64,000 bases of DNA, from positions 67,208,001 to 67,272,000 of the forward strand of contig OZ024747.1 of assembly GCA_964016885.1 (NCBI GenBank), in the 5' to 3' direction. Of this stretch, positions 1 to 12,827 are shown piece by piece (the stretch's first letter is position 1; each line of letters opens with the position of its first letter). This stretch comes from Eledone cirrhosa (Eukaryota). Below the pieces are notes generated by a model. It searched no databases, had not been told where the DNA came from, and worked only from the letters and a program-made list of their open reading frames with translations. The translations under genes were made by a program, and so were the position numbers.

Positions 1-3000
1 TTGGTGTTGGTGTTGGTGCTGGTGTTGGTGATGGTGTTGGTGTTGGTGTTGGTGTTGGTGTTGGTGTTGGTGCTGGTGTTGGTGATGGTGTTGGTGTTGG
101 TGTTGGTGTTGGTGTTGGTGTTGGTGCTGGTGTTGGTGATGGTGTTGGTGCTGGTGTTGGTGTTGGTGTTGGTGTTGGTGTTGGTGTTGGTGTTGGTGTT
201 GGTGTTGGTGTTGGTGCTGGTGTTGGTGTTGGTGTTGGTGTTGGTGTTGGTGTTGGTGTTGGTGTTGGTGTTGGTGTTGGTGCTGGTGTTGGTGATGGTG
301 TTGGTGTTGGTGTTGGTGTTGGTGTTGGTGTTGGTGCTGGTGTTGGTGATGGTGTTGGTGTTGGTGTTGGTGTTGGTGTTGGTGTTGGTGTTGGTGCTGG
401 TGTTGGTGATGGTGTTGGTGCTGGTGTTGGTGTTGGTGTTGGTGTTGGTGTTGGTGTTGGTGTTGGTGTTGGTGTTGGTGCTGGTGTTGGTGATGGTGTT
501 GGTGTTGGTGTTGGTGTTGGTGTTGGTGTTGGTGCTGGTGTTGGTGATGGTGTTGGTGTTGGTGTTGGTGTTGGTGTTGGTGTTGGTGTTGGTGCTGGTG
601 TTGGTGATGGTGTTGGTGCTGGTGTTGGTGTTGGTGTTGGTGTTGGTGTTGGTGTTGGTGTTGGTGTTGGTGTTGGTGCTGGTGTTGGTGTTGGTGTTGG
701 TGTTGGTGTTGGTGTTGGTGTTGGTGCTGGTGTTGGTGTTGGTGTTGGTGCTGGTGATGGTGTTGGTGCTGGTGTTGGTGTTGGTGTTGGTGTTGGTGCT
801 GGTGTTGGTGATGGTGTTGGTGCTGGTGTTGGTGTTGGTGTTGGTGTTGGTGTTGGTGTTGGTGTTGGTGTTGGTGTTGGTGCTGGTGTTGGTGTTGGTG
901 TTGGTGTTGGTGTTGGTGTTGGTGCTGGTGTTGGTGTTGGTGTTGGTGCTGGTGATGGTGTTGGTGTTGGTGCTGGTGTTGGTGTTGGTGTTGGTGTTGG
1001 TGCTGGTGTTGGTGATGGTGTTGGTGCTGGTGTTGGTGTTGGTGTTGGTGTTGGTGTTGGTGTTGGTGTTGGTGTTGGTGTTGGTGTTGGTGCTGGTGTT
1101 GGTGTTGGTGTTGGTGTTGGTGTTGGTGTTGGTGTTGGTGCTGGTGTTGGTGTTGGTGCTGGTGTTGGTGATGGTGTTGGTGTTGGTGTTGGTGTTGGTG
1201 TTGGTGTTGGTGTTGGTGCTGGTGTTGGTGCTGGTGTTGGTGTTGGTGTTGGTGTTGGTGTTGGTGTTGGTGTTGGTGTTGGTGCTGGTGTTGGTGTTGG
1301 TGTTGGTGTTGGTGTTGGTGTTGGTGCTGGTGTTGGTGTTGGTGCTGGTGTTGGTGCTGGTGTTGGTGCTGGTGTTGGTGTTGGTGTTGGTGCTGGTGTT
1401 GGTGTTGGTGTTGGTGTTGGTGTTGGTGTTGGTGTTGGTGTTGGTGCTGGTGTTGGTGTTGGTGCTGGTGTTGGTGATGGTGTTGGTGTTGGTGTTGGTG
1501 TTGGTGTTGGTGTTGGTGTTGGTGTTGGTGTTGTTGTTGGTGTTGGTGCTGGTGTTGGTGTTGGTGTTGGTGTTGGTGTTGGTGTTGGTGTTGGTGCTGG
1601 TGTTGGTGTTGGTGTTGGTGCTGGTGATGGTGTTGGTGTTGGTGTTGGTGTTGGTGTTGGTGTTGGTGTTGGTGTTGGTGTTGGTGCTGGTGTTGGTGTT
1701 GGTGTTGGTGTTGGTGCTGGTGCTGGTGTTGGTGCTGGTGTTGGTGTTGGTGTTGGTGATGGTGTTGGTGTTGGTGCTGGTGTTGGTGCTGGTGTTGGTG
1801 CTGGTGTTGGTGTTGGTGATGGTGTTGGTGTTGGTGTTGGTGATGGTGTTGGTGTTGGTGCTGGTGTTGGTGTTGGTGCTGGTGTTGGTGCTGGTGTTGG
1901 TGCTGGTGTTGGTGTTGGTGATGGTGTTGGTGTTGGTGCTGGTGTTGGTGTTGGTGCTGGTGTTGGTGCTGGTGTTGGTGCTGGTGTTGGTGTTGGTGTT
2001 GGTGATGGTGTTGGTGTTGGTGTTGGTGATGGTGTTGGTGTTGGTGTTGGTGTTGGTGTTGGTGTTGGTGCTGGTGTTGGTGCTGGTGTTGGTGCTGGTG
2101 TTGGTGTTGGTGTTGGTGTTGGTGTTGGTGTTGGTGTTGGTGCTGGTGTTGGTGTTGGTGTTGGTGATGGTGTTGGTGTTGGTGTTGATGTTGGTGTTGG
2201 TGTTGGTGTTGGTGCTGGTGTTGGTGTTGGTGTTGGTGTTGGTGCTGGTGTTGGTGTTGGTGTTGGTGTTGGTGTTGGTGTTGGTGCTGGTGTTGGTGTT
2301 GGTGTTGGTGTTGGTGTTGGTGTTGGTGTTGGTGTTGGTGTTGGTGTTGGTGTTGGTGTTGGTGTTGGTGATGGTGTTGGTGTTGGTGTTGGTGTTGGTG
2401 TTGGTGTTGGTGTTGGTGTTGGTGCTGGTGTTGGTGCTGGTGTTGGTGTTGGTGATGGTGTTGGTGTTGGTGTTGGTGTTGGTGTTGGTGATGGTGTTGG
2501 TGTTGGTGTTGGTGTTGGTGTTGGTGTTGGTGTTGGTGCTGGTGTTGGTGTTGGTGTTGGTGCTGGTGTTGGTGTTGGTGTTGGTGTTGGTGCTGGTGTT
2601 GGTGTTGGTGTTGGTGTTGGTGTTGGTGTTGGTGATGGTGTTGGTGTTGGTGTTGGTGTTGGTGTTGGTATTGGTGTTGGTGTTGGTGTTGGTGTTGGTG
2701 TTGGTGCTGGTGTTGGTGTTGGTGTTGGTGCTGGTGTTGGTGATGGTGTTGGTGTTGGTGTTGGTGATGGTGTTGGTGTTGGTGTTGGTGTTGGTGCTGG
2801 TGTTGGTGTTGGTGTTGGTGTTGGTGTTGGTGTTGGTGTTGGTGCTGGTGTTGGTGCTGGTGTTGGTGCTGGTGTTGGTGTTGGTGCTGGTGTTGGTGTT
2901 GGTGATGGTGCTGGTGTTGGTGTTGGTGCTGGTGTTGGTGTTGGTGATGGTGCTGGTGTTGGTGTTGGTGCTGGTGTTGGTGTTGGTGTTGGTGTTGGTG

Positions 3001-6000
3001 TTGGTGTTGGTGCTGGTGTTGGTGTTGGTGTTGGTGTTGGTGTTGGTGTTGGTGTTGGTGTTGGTGTTGGTGCTGGTGTTGGTGTTGGTGTTGGTGTTGG
3101 TGTTGGTGTTGGTGTTGGTGCTGGTGTTGGTGTTGGTGTTGGTGTTGGTGTTGGTGTTGGTGTTGGTGATGGTGTTGGTATTGGTGTTGGTGTTGGTGTT
3201 GGTGTTGGTGTTGGTGTTGGTGTTGGTGTTGGTGTTGGTGTTGGTGCTGGTGTTGGTGTTGGTGTTGGTGTTGGTGTTGGTGTTGGTGTTGGTGTTGGTG
3301 CTGGTGTTGGTGTTGGTGCTGGTGTTGGTGCTGGTGTTGGTGCTGGTGTTGGTGATGGTGTTGGTGTTGGTGTTGGTGATGGTGTTGGTGTTGGTGTTGG
3401 TGTTGGTGTTGGTGCTGGTGTTGGTGTTGGTGTTGGTGTTGGTGTTGGTGTTGGTGCTGGTGATGGTGTTGGTGCTGGTGTTGGTGTTGGTGTTGGTGTT
3501 GGTGATGGTGTTGGTGTTGGTGTTGGTGCTGGTGTTGGTGCTGGTGCTGGTGTTGGTGCTGGTGTTGGTGTTGGTGTTGGTGCTGGTGTTGGTGTTGGTG
3601 CTGGTGTTGGTGCTGGTGTTGGTGCTGGTGTTGGTGTTGGTGATGGTGTTGGTGCTGGTGTTGGTGCTGGTGTTGGTGCTGGTGTTGGTGTTGGTGTTGG
3701 TGTTGGTGATGGTGTTGGTGTTGGTGTTGGTGCTGGTGTTGGTGCTGGTGTTGGTGCTGGTGTTGGTGTTGGTGTTGGTGCTGGTGTTGGTGTTGGTGCT
3801 GGTGTTGGTGCTGGTGTTGGTGCTGGTGTTGGTGTTGGTGATGGTGTTGGTGTTGGTGTTGGTGTTGGTGTTGGTGTTGGTGTTGGTGCTGGTGTTGGTG
3901 TTGGTGTTGGTGTTGGTGCTGGTGTTGGTGTTGGTGTTGGTGTTGGTGCTGGTGTTGGTGCTGGTGTTGGTGCTGGTGTTGGTGATGGTGTTGGTGTTGG
4001 TGTTGGTGATGGTGTTGGTGTTGGTGTTGGTGTTGGTGCTGGTGTTGGTGTTGGTGTTGGTGTTGGTGTTGGTGTTGGTGTTGGTGCTGGTGTTGGTGCT
4101 GGTGTTGGTGCTGGTGTTGGTGTTGGTGCTGGTGTTGGTGTTGGTGATGGTGCTGGTGTTGGTGTTGGTGCTGGTGTTGGTGTTGGTGATGGTGCTGGTG
4201 TTGGTGTTGGTGCTGGTGTTGGTGTTGGTGTTGGTGTTGGTGTTGGTGTTGGTGCTGGTGTTGGTGTTGGTGTTGGTGTTGGTGTTGGTGTTGGTGTTGG
4301 TGTTGGTGCTGGTGTTGGTGTTGGTGTTGGTGTTGGTGTTGGTGTTGGTGTTGGTGTTGGTGTTGGTGCTGGTGTTGGTGTTGGTGTTGGTGTTGGTGTT
4401 GGTGTTGGTGTTGGTGCTGGTGTTGGTGCTGGTGTTGGTGTTGGTGTTGGTGTTGGTGTTGGTATTGGTGTTGGTGTTGGTGTTGGTGTTGGTGTTGGTG
4501 TTGGTGTTGGTGTTGGTGTTGGTGTTGGTGCTGGTGTTGGTGTTGGTGTTGGTGTTGGTGTTGGTGCTGGTGTTGGTGTTGGTGTTGGTGCTGGTGTTGG
4601 TGTTGGTGTTGGTGTTGGTGTTGGTATTGGTGTTGGTGTTGGTATTGGTGTTGGTGTTGGTGTTGGTGTTGGTGTTGGTGTTGGTGTTGGTGCTGGTGTT
4701 GGTGTTGGTGTTGGTGTTGGTGTTGGTGTTGGTGTTGGTGTTGGTGCTGGTGTTGGTGTTGGTGTTGGTGCTGGTGTTGGTGTTGGTGCTGGTGTTGGTG
4801 TTGGCTATTGTGTTGGTGTTGGTGCTGGTGTTGGTGCTGGTGTTGGTGTTGGTGTTGGTGTTGGTGTTGGTATTGGTGTTGGTGTTGGTGTTGGTGTTGG
4901 TGTTGGTGTTGGTGTTGGTGTTGGTATTGGTGTTGGTGTTGGTGTTGGTGTTGGTGTTGGTGTTGGTGTTGGTGTTGGTGTTGGTGCTGGTGTTGGTGTT
5001 GGTGTTGGTGCTGGTGTTGGTGTTGGTGTTGGTGTTGGTGTTGGTGCTGGTGTTGGTGTTGGTGTTGGTGTTGGTGTTGATGCTGGTGTTGGTGTTGGTG
5101 TTGGTGCTGGTGTTGGTGTTGGTGCTGGTGTTGGTGTTGGCTATTGTGTTGGTGTTGGTGCTGGTGTTGGTGCTGGTGTTGGTGTTGGTGTTGGTGTTGG
5201 TGTTGGTGTTGGTGTTGGTATTGGTGTTGGTGTCGGTGTTGGTGTTGGTGTTGGTGTTGGTGTTGGTATTGGTGTTGGTGTTGGTGTTGGTGTTGGTGTT
5301 GGTGTTGGTGTTGGTGCTGGTGTTGGTGTTGGTGTTGGTGTTGGTGTTGGTGTTGGTGCTGGTGTTGGTGTTGGCTATTGTGTTGGTGTTGGTGCTGGTG
5401 TTGGTGTTGGTGTTGGTATTGGTGTTGGTGTTGGTGTTGGTGTTGGTGTTGGTGTTGGTGTTGGTGTTGGTGTTGGTGTTGGTGTTGGTGTTGGTGTTGG
5501 TGCTGGTGTTGGTGTTGGTGTTGGTGTTGGTGTTGGTGCTGGTGTTGGTGTTGGTGTTGGTGCTGGTGTTGGTGTTGGTGTTGGTGTTGGTGTTGGTATT
5601 GGTGTTGGTGTTGGTGTTGGTGTTGGTGTTGGTGTTGGTGTTGGTGTTGGTATTGGTGTTGGTGTTGGTGTTGGTGTTGGTGTTGGTGCTGGTGTTGGTG
5701 TTGGCTATTGTGTTGGTGTTGGTGCTGGTGTTGGTGTTGGTGTTGGTGTTGGTATTGGTGTTGGTGCTGGTGTTGGTGCTGGTGTTGGTGTTGGTGTTGG
5801 TGTTGGTGTTGGTGTTGGTGTTAGTGTTGGTGTTGGTAATGGTGTTGGTGATGGTGTTGGTGTTGGTGATGATGTTGGTGTTGGTGTTGGTGTTGGTGTT
5901 GGTGTTGGTGCTGGTGTTGGTGCTGGTGTTGGTGTTGGTGTTGGTGTTGGTGTTGGTGTTGGTGTTGGTGTTGGTGTTGGTGCTGGTGTTGGTGTTGGCT

Positions 6001-6890
6001 ATTGTGTTGGTGTTGGTGTTGGTGTTGGTGTTGGTGTTGGTGTTGGTGTTGGTGCTGGTGTTGGTGTTGGTGTTGGTGTTGGTGCTGGTGTTGGTGTTGG
6101 TGTTGGTGCTGGTGTTGGTGTTGGCTATTGTGTTGGTGTTGGTGTTGGTGTTGGTGTTGGTGTTGGTGTTGGTGTTGGTGTTGGTGTTGGTGTTGGTGTT
6201 GGTGTTGGTGCTGGTGTTGGTGTTGGCTATTGTGTTGGTGTTGGTGTTGGTGTTGGTGTTGGTGTTGGTGTTGGTGTTGGTGCTGGTGTTGGTGTTGGTG
6301 TTGGTGTTGGTGCTGGTGTTGGTGCTGGTGTTGGTGCTGGTGTTGGTGTTGGTGTTGGTGTTGGTGCTGGTGTTGGTGCTGGTGTTGGTGCTGGTGTTGG
6401 TGTTGGTGATGATGTTGGTGTTGGTGTTGGTGTTGGTGCTGGTGTTGGTGTTGGTGTTGGTGTTGGTGCTGGTGTTGGTGTTGGTGCTGGTGTTGGTGCT
6501 GGTGTTGGTGTTGGTGATGGCTATTGTGTTGGTGTTGGTGATATTGGTGTTGGTGATGGCGATCGTGTTGGTGTTGGTGATGGTGTTGGTGTTGGTGTTG
6601 GTGATGGCTATTGTGTTGGTGTTGGTGATATTGGTGTTGGTGATGGCGATGGTGTTGGTGTTGGTGATGGTGTTGGTGTTGGTGTTGGTGATGGTGTTGG
6701 TGTTGGTAATGGTGTTGGTGATGGTGTTGGTGTTGGTGTTGGTGATGATGTTGGTGTTGGTGTTGGTGTTGGTGTTGGTGATGGTGTTTGTGATGGTGTT
6801 GGTGTTGGTGATGATGTTGGTGATGGTGTTGGTGTTGATGATGATGTTGGTGATGGTGTTGGTGTTGGTGATGATGTTGGTGTTGGTGTT
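1..6890 (+). repeat. (TTGGTG)n hexamer satellite with CTGGTG/ATGGTG/TTGGTA variants; runs off the left edge
   Basis: Directly visible 6-bp period over ~6.9 kb; the 2357-aa (LV)n ORF is a by-product of the repeat. Confidence 0.95.
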
Positions 6891-7099
6891 GTTATTGTTC
6901 CTGTTATTGTTGCTATGGTTCTTGTTACCACTGCTACTGCTACTGGTTTTGTTGTTGTTGTTGCTATTGTTGGTTTTTATTTTCGTTTATTGTTTTCCAA
7001 CTTTTACTTCAAAGGTGAAACTGTTACAGGTCTTGCACATTGTAATTGAATATCAACAGCAGACAATGATATAAACTATGGCATCGTTGCTGGAGTTTT

Positions 7100-7116
7100 A
7101 TCTATTATTATTGTTA

Positions 7117-7155
<39 letters not shown>

Positions 7156-7360
7156 TTGTTGTTGTTGTCGTCGTCGTCGTCGTCGTTGTTGCTGTTGTTG
7201 TTGTTGTTGTTGTTGATGTTGCTGTTGTTGTTGTTACTTCTGCTGCTGCTGCTGTTGTTGTTGTTGTTGTCGTTGTTACTTCTGCTGCTGCTGCTTCTGT
7301 TATTGTTGTTGTCGTTGTTACTTCTGCTGCTGCTGGTGCTTTTGTTGTTGTTGTTGTTAT
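7100..7360 (+). repeat. Mixed trinucleotide microsatellite (CTG/TTG/TCG)
   Basis: Visible runs of ctg, ttg and tcg. Confidence 0.9.
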
Positions 7361-7371
7361 TATACGTGTGT

Positions 7372-7921
7372 GGGCAGTGGATTGGCAGTATCGGTAGGGG
7401 GTCGGACGCCAAGCTTTGCAGCAGAGAGTTATGGCCCTTTATGATCTGAGTTCAAATCCCACCAAGGTTAACTTTGCCTTTCATCCTTACGCGATCGATA
7501 AAATAAAGTACCAGTCACGCACTGGGGTCGATTTAATCGACTTTCCCCTCCCAAAAGATTGCTGGCCTTCTGCCTCTATAAGAAGCCATTATTTCAGGCG
7601 CCATGCTTTCTAGCATAGTTATGTCCCTTTATGATCTGAGTTCAAATCCCGCCGAAGTTAACTTTGCCTTTCATCCGTCGATAAAATAAAGTACCAGTAA
7701 TGTACTGGGTAATTGCTGGCCTTGTGCCAAAAAGTAGAAACAATTATTATACGTGTGCGGGTAGTGGATTGAAAATATTGGTAGAGCGTCGGACAACATA
7801 CTTTGTAGCATATAGTTACGGCCCTTTGCATTCTAAGTTCAAATCCCGCCGAGGTTAGGTTTTCCTTTCATCCTTACGGGTTCGATAAATTAAAGCACCA
7901 GTAATGCACTAGGGTCGATTT
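7372..7921 (+). mobile_element. Cluster of three tRNA-derived SINE copies (octopus-type SINE), partly truncated
   Basis: A-box-like TGGCAGTATCGGTAG, B-box GAGTTCAAATCC, and body GCCTTTCATCCTTACG..GTCGATAAAATAAAGTACCAGT repeated throughout the window. Confidence 0.8.
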
Positions 7922-8365
7922 GTGGGAAATTTAGTGTGATGTTAAATGCTACAACTATACGTTAAAGAAAGTAATTGAATCAGAAGATTGTAAAATCTTA
8001 TGGGATTTCTTATGGGACAGACAAGGTTTTAGAACACAATAAGCCAAGCATAACTGTGGTAGACAAAAAACAGAAATGGGGATATATAATAGACCCCCCC
8101 CCCCCCCAACCATGCCCATTTGGCATAAGGGTAAAAAAAAAAGAAGAAAAGAAGAAATATTACAATCCATTAAAGTATGAGATTGCACGGTTGTGGAAAT
8201 TGAAAGATGTTAAAATTATACTAGTAGTGATAGGTTCCTTGGGAACAATAACCCATAAATTTGATTATTGGATAAAGGAAATGGAAATTTAGTGTCCTGT
8301 AGCATTACTCCAGAAAGCTTGCCTTTTAGGAATAGCACGAATCATCAGGAAAGTTGGAGACAAAT
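7922..8365 (+). pseudogene. Degenerate 3' fragment of an RLE-clade (R4/NeSL-like) non-LTR retrotransposon endonuclease
   Basis: TDKVLEHNKPSITVVDK..IID..KEEKKKYYNPLKYEIARLW..VVIGSLG matches the C-terminal PD-(D/E)xK region; frameshifted. Confidence 0.65.
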
Positions 8366-9692
8366 TTAATAGGGTAATTAGTATAAGAATAGGATTAGGA
8401 GAATGTGCCAAGGCAACCTTAATGAGAGGAAAACTTATTAGGAACACTCATGAAAATGATAATTAGTCTAAACAGTGTTGAAAACTGTGTTATATTGATG
8501 ACCTAGACAGTGTACAACACACAAAAGTGGGAGAAAAACTTTTAGGAAGGAATATTTGATATCTATAAGATTTATACTTAACACAGAGCTAAATACTAAG
8601 ACTAAAGAAAAAGGCACGAATAATCTTGTTGTTCTAGTAACGTGTTATAGTTATGACAATGAGTGGGAGGTATTTGACCACGGGCTTACTCAGTCAAAGT
8701 TGGCCTTAAGCAAAATATTATTAAAAACAACTACTAAGGTTTTGTTATAAGAAATTAGACTTTAGTTGAGTAGAAGTATTTTTGAAAACAAAGTGGTAAA
8801 TAAGATATAGATCAGATATCAGCCACACGTCAAGGAAAGGACAAATATAGGTGAAATACAATGAGAAAGTAACTCGGGGGTATTAGAATATAACATAGAA
8901 GTAATCTAATATTGATTAATTAGTATAATACGACAGCACGGGGAAAAGAAAAAAGAAGAATAACAACGAAAGTAACTTTTCTCTATTTATAGCGAAGTAT
9001 AAATTATAAACTAGGAACTAATTACACCGAGATGAGGACGAAGAAGGAGTGAGATTTAGATAATGAGAAAAAAATAACCAAAAACAGAAAAAGTTCAAAT
9101 AAATATTGATAATAATCAAAGCAGTGCATCAGTAATATGAGAGATCGAAAGAGAGAGAAAGGAAAGAGGGGGGGGGGGCAGCCAGAGACAGACAAACAGA
9201 CAGGCAGGAGCTACAGAACCGGATACAAAGGATGTTAGTTAATATGAAAGCTAACAATGGCTCAACAATTCTGCCATAAAAGCAAAATTGGAAGGTTTGA
9301 TTTTAGCTACATAAAATCAATGGCGAGTCACACGCTCACACATGCATATGCACACACATACAGACATGCACACACATACAGACATGCACACACAATAAAT
9401 TTGTTAAATAAAATAATAATGTAATCTACAAACTATATAATCTTCCTAATGAAAAAATCGACTATTGATAATTTCTGGATACACTGTTCTTATAAAAGAG
9501 CAATACATTGACAAACATGATCAATCGGGTATCTACAACTATTATACAATATATAAACACTTCTATATCAAAACGGAAAACAAATACTAATGATTTCTTT
9601 TAATAAAATATTGGCTTGTATGTTAAAATTTCTTACACGGTTGTATGTAAAATCCCCGCCATATGTCTTTGTATATAAACTTAAACTCACGA

Positions 9693-9772
9693 ACTTAAAC
9701 TCACGACCCTACGATGCATTTACTAGTGTACACCATAAAAGACTGATGCTCTACCGGCTGAGCTATGCGGGC
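9693..9772 (-). pseudogene. tRNA-Lys(TTT)-derived pseudogene with a ~20-nt insert at the canonical intron position
   Basis: Minus strand GCCCGCATAGCTCAGCCGGTAGAGCATCAGTCTTTTA-[20 nt]-ATCGTAGGGTC; T arm degenerate and 3' acceptor strand missing. Confidence 0.65.
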
Positions 9773-9802
9773 AGCTGATAATAGCAACAACAACAACAAC
9801 AA

Positions 9803-10021
9803 TAATGGTTTCTTATATAGGTACAAGGCCACCAATTTTGGGGGAGGGGGAAAGTCGATTAATTCGACTCCAGTACATTACTGGTACTTTATTCTATAGA
9901 CCCAGTAAGGATGAAAGGCAAAGTTAACCTCGGCGGGATTTGAACTCAGACCGTAAAGGACCGTAACTCTATGCTGCAAAGCATGGCGTCCGACGCTCTA
10001 GCGATTCTGCCAATCCACCGC
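9803..10021 (-). mobile_element. tRNA-derived SINE, near full length
   Basis: Reverse complement shows TGGCAGAATCGCTAGAGCG (A box), GAGTTCAAATCCCGCC (B box) and the conserved body. Confidence 0.85.
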
Positions 10022-10034
10022 AATAATAATAATT

Positions 10035-10290
10035 AACTTTGCTTTCATCCTTACGGGGTCGATAAAATAAAGTACCAGTAATGCACTGGGTAATTGCTGG
10101 CCTTGTGCCTAAAGTAGAAACAATTATTATTATAATTGTTTCTACTTTAGGCACAAGGCCAGCAGTTACCCAGTATATTACTGGTACTTTATTTTATCGA
10201 CCCCGTAAGGATGAAAGGCAAAGTCAACCTCGGTGGGATTTGAACTCAGACTGTAAAGGGATGCAACTATGCTAGAAAGCATGGCGTATA
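10035..10290. mobile_element. Two SINE 3' parts arranged tail-to-tail (palindrome centred near 10131)
   Basis: ...GCCTAAAGTAGAAACAATTA / TAATTGTTTCTACTTTAGGC... inverted match. Confidence 0.8.
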
Positions 10291-10302
10291 ATAATAGTTT
10301 CA

Positions 10303-10600
10303 TTTATTGGCCACAAGGGCCGACATATAGGGGACAATACAAAGACAGGGACAGCGGAACTTTACAACGAAATCGAGTAAAAATACACAATAACAAAAAC
10401 AATTGACAATGAAAAAATATATAAATATATAAAAATATAACAAAATAATCCCCAATAGGGGGCGGGGGTGCCAACCACCCATGGGCGACTCAGGTACCCC
10501 ACCAATCTTAAACCACACGATGGTTTGAAAGCACCCGGGAAGGGCACAACTCTCCCGCTCAAATTAAGAGAATCAGGACCCTTCTATTGAAGTTTCACTC
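10303..10600 (-). mobile_element. 3' UTR remnant of the Tx1/L1 family seen at 59-63.6 kb
   Basis: Reverse complement has CCCCTATTGGGGATT...CCCTTGTGGCCAATAAA, similar to 59570-59700. Confidence 0.6.
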
Positions 10601-11207
10601 CTTTGGGAGAGATATACTTTCAAAGAAAGTTCCAGAGGGCCTACGTTCAGAGAAGGAAGGACTGGGCATAGTGGTTAGTGTAGGACTTGGTAAGGATTGT
10701 GCCCCCCACCCCTGGTTTCTCTTTACACTTCTGTTCACAAACAATATAGAATTTTCGTTTTTATTCCTTACAAATTATCGATCAGTCGTTTGGAAACATT
10801 AAGATCTGAAAATTTGATTAACCAGATGGCATAAATTATCTCAATTGAAATAATCTTCGACAGTAAGTGGTGGTGGTGGTGGTGGTGGTGGTGGTGTAGC
10901 TGATGCTAGTGATGATGCTGTTGATGATGCTGGTAGTACTTGTGCCGTTTTCTTAGAGTTGGAATGTGCAATAGAATAGGAAATAAGGATGATCTGGTGT
11001 AAATAAGTAACTTGTTCATGAACTGGAAAGTTACTGAATCACCCAATTATTTTCACGGAGATAACGGATGACGCCATCATGATATTGTAAAATATTAAGT
11101 ATTGTAAACTGATAGAAAGAGAAAGAGGGTGGGTGAAGAAAAGAGAGAAAGAGAGTAGACAAAGAAAGATTGAAAGAGAGATATGAAATGTTTATGTATA
11201 TATATAG

Positions 11208-11257
<50 letters not shown>

Positions 11258-11277
11258 ATGCAATTATTATATATCAT

Positions 11278-11497
11278 GGTTGGTGGATTGGCAGAAGAAT
11301 CCGTAGAGCGTAAGACAACATGCTTTGAGGTATATAGTTGCAGCCCTTTGTGTTCTGAGTTCAAATACTGCTTTGCCTTTCATCCTTTCATCCTTACGGG
11401 GCCGATAAAATAAAGTATCTGTAGCGCACTGGGGTCGGTTTAATTAACTTTCCCCTACCCAAACATTGTTGGGTTGTGTTTAAATCCGAAACCATTA
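11278..11497 (+). mobile_element. tRNA-derived SINE
   Basis: GGTGGATTGGCAGAA...GAGTTCAAAT...GCCTTTCATCC...GATAAAATAAAGTA. Confidence 0.8.
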
Positions 11498-11729
11498 TAT
11501 ATCGAGCTTGACTGATACACGATTTTCACCGATACTGTTGTATACGCTTTAGATCAAGAATAATCTATAACTTAGATACTGTGTGTATATATGGCAATAA
11601 ACAGGAAGATGTGTAAATATGAAAATAAACTCTTGACAGGTGCAATGTATCCGAACACGAAAGAGCCGAACTCCCACCGTCATCGTCCCCATCTCTCTGT
11701 ATAGTGAGAAAATGGGGTCCCAGGTGCTG

Positions 11730-11915
11730 GCTGAGACGGCGTTACCCCGGAGGATGGTAAGGGTGATGCGCTGGAAGAGACATTCCATCTTGTGAGGTTT
11801 ACACCTGCGGCTGGACAGCTCAGCGCCTGGTGTGACGAGTAGGGAGGTAGCCTTAGGGCCAAGGACACCAGAAGTCTCCACTGCCAATGGGTACGACCGC
11901 AAACCTGTTGGAGAT
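11730..11915 (-). pseudogene. CRE-like non-LTR retrotransposon C-terminal RLE remnant
   Basis: PLAVETSGVLGPKA and LFQRITLTILRGNA motifs typical of CRE-clade C-termini. Confidence 0.55.
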
Positions 11916-12060
11916 CAGTTCCGAGTGAGTAAATATCAACGAAGACGTATAAAAATCCAGAAACAAGTATCTGGCATTCTTACCAACTAATGGGACATCA
12001 CAGATTAAAACATTCATAGCAAGACTCTTGTATATCGAGAGAGTGGCTGGATATATATAG

Positions 12061-12246
12061 TAATAATTGTTTCTACTTTTTGGCAAAAGGCCAGCAATTA
12101 CACAGTGCATTACTGGTACTTTATTTTATCGACCCCGTAAGGATGAAAGGCAAAGTTAACCTCGGCGGGATTTGAAATCAGAATGGCAAGGGGCGTTCTA
12201 ATGCACTGGGTAATTGCTGGCCTTGTGCCAAAAAGTAGAAAATTAT

Positions 12247-12250
<4 letters not shown>
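12061..12250 (-). mobile_element. SINE fragment followed by an inverted copy of its own tail
   Basis: 12061-12112 is the reverse complement of ~12199-12250. Confidence 0.7.
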
Positions 12251-12286
<36 letters not shown>

Positions 12287-12367
12287 ATAATAATAATAAT
12301 AAATGTATATATAGTAATAATAATAATAAATGTGAAGACTAAAATCCGAAGATTTTATAAATATATA

Positions 12368-12446
<79 letters not shown>

Positions 12447-12769
12447 AAAAGGCGTGAAATCCTTGGTACAGTTAGGTATATTTTTAAAAAGGGGGAAAGA
12501 ATGACTTCACTTGTAATTCTAAACAATTTAGTTTAATTTCATAATATTATAGTTTTAAAATTTGGTTTTGTAGTTCAACCAATTGTTTAGAACTAGAAGG
12601 GAAGTCATTCTTTTCCTTTTATATATATATATATATATAGTATACTAGGGAGAGGATCAGGGGTGTATAACACTCCACTTATCCAGCAGGCAGTATAAGG
12701 TGAGCTCGATGTCCGAGGACAGAGCCGTGATATAATAAATAACAAAGAACGCCTATAGCATATGCATAT

Positions 12770-12827
12770 CTTTACTTGCTAACATTGTTTCATCCGCACT
12801 ATAAGTGGGACTCATCAGAGCATAAAG
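12770..12827 (-). ncRNA. Minimal type I hammerhead ribozyme in pLTR
   Basis: UGCU-CUGAUGA-GUCC..GGAU-GAAAC-AAU-GUU-AGCA. Confidence 0.75.

Noticed and set aside
1-6890. Telomeric array
   Set aside because: Not TTAGGG, and the G-rich strand points into the sequence rather than toward the left end
1-7074. 2357-aa (Leu-Val)n ORF and (Cys-Trp)n ORFs
   Set aside because: Automatic translations of a hexamer repeat; implausible proteins with no domain
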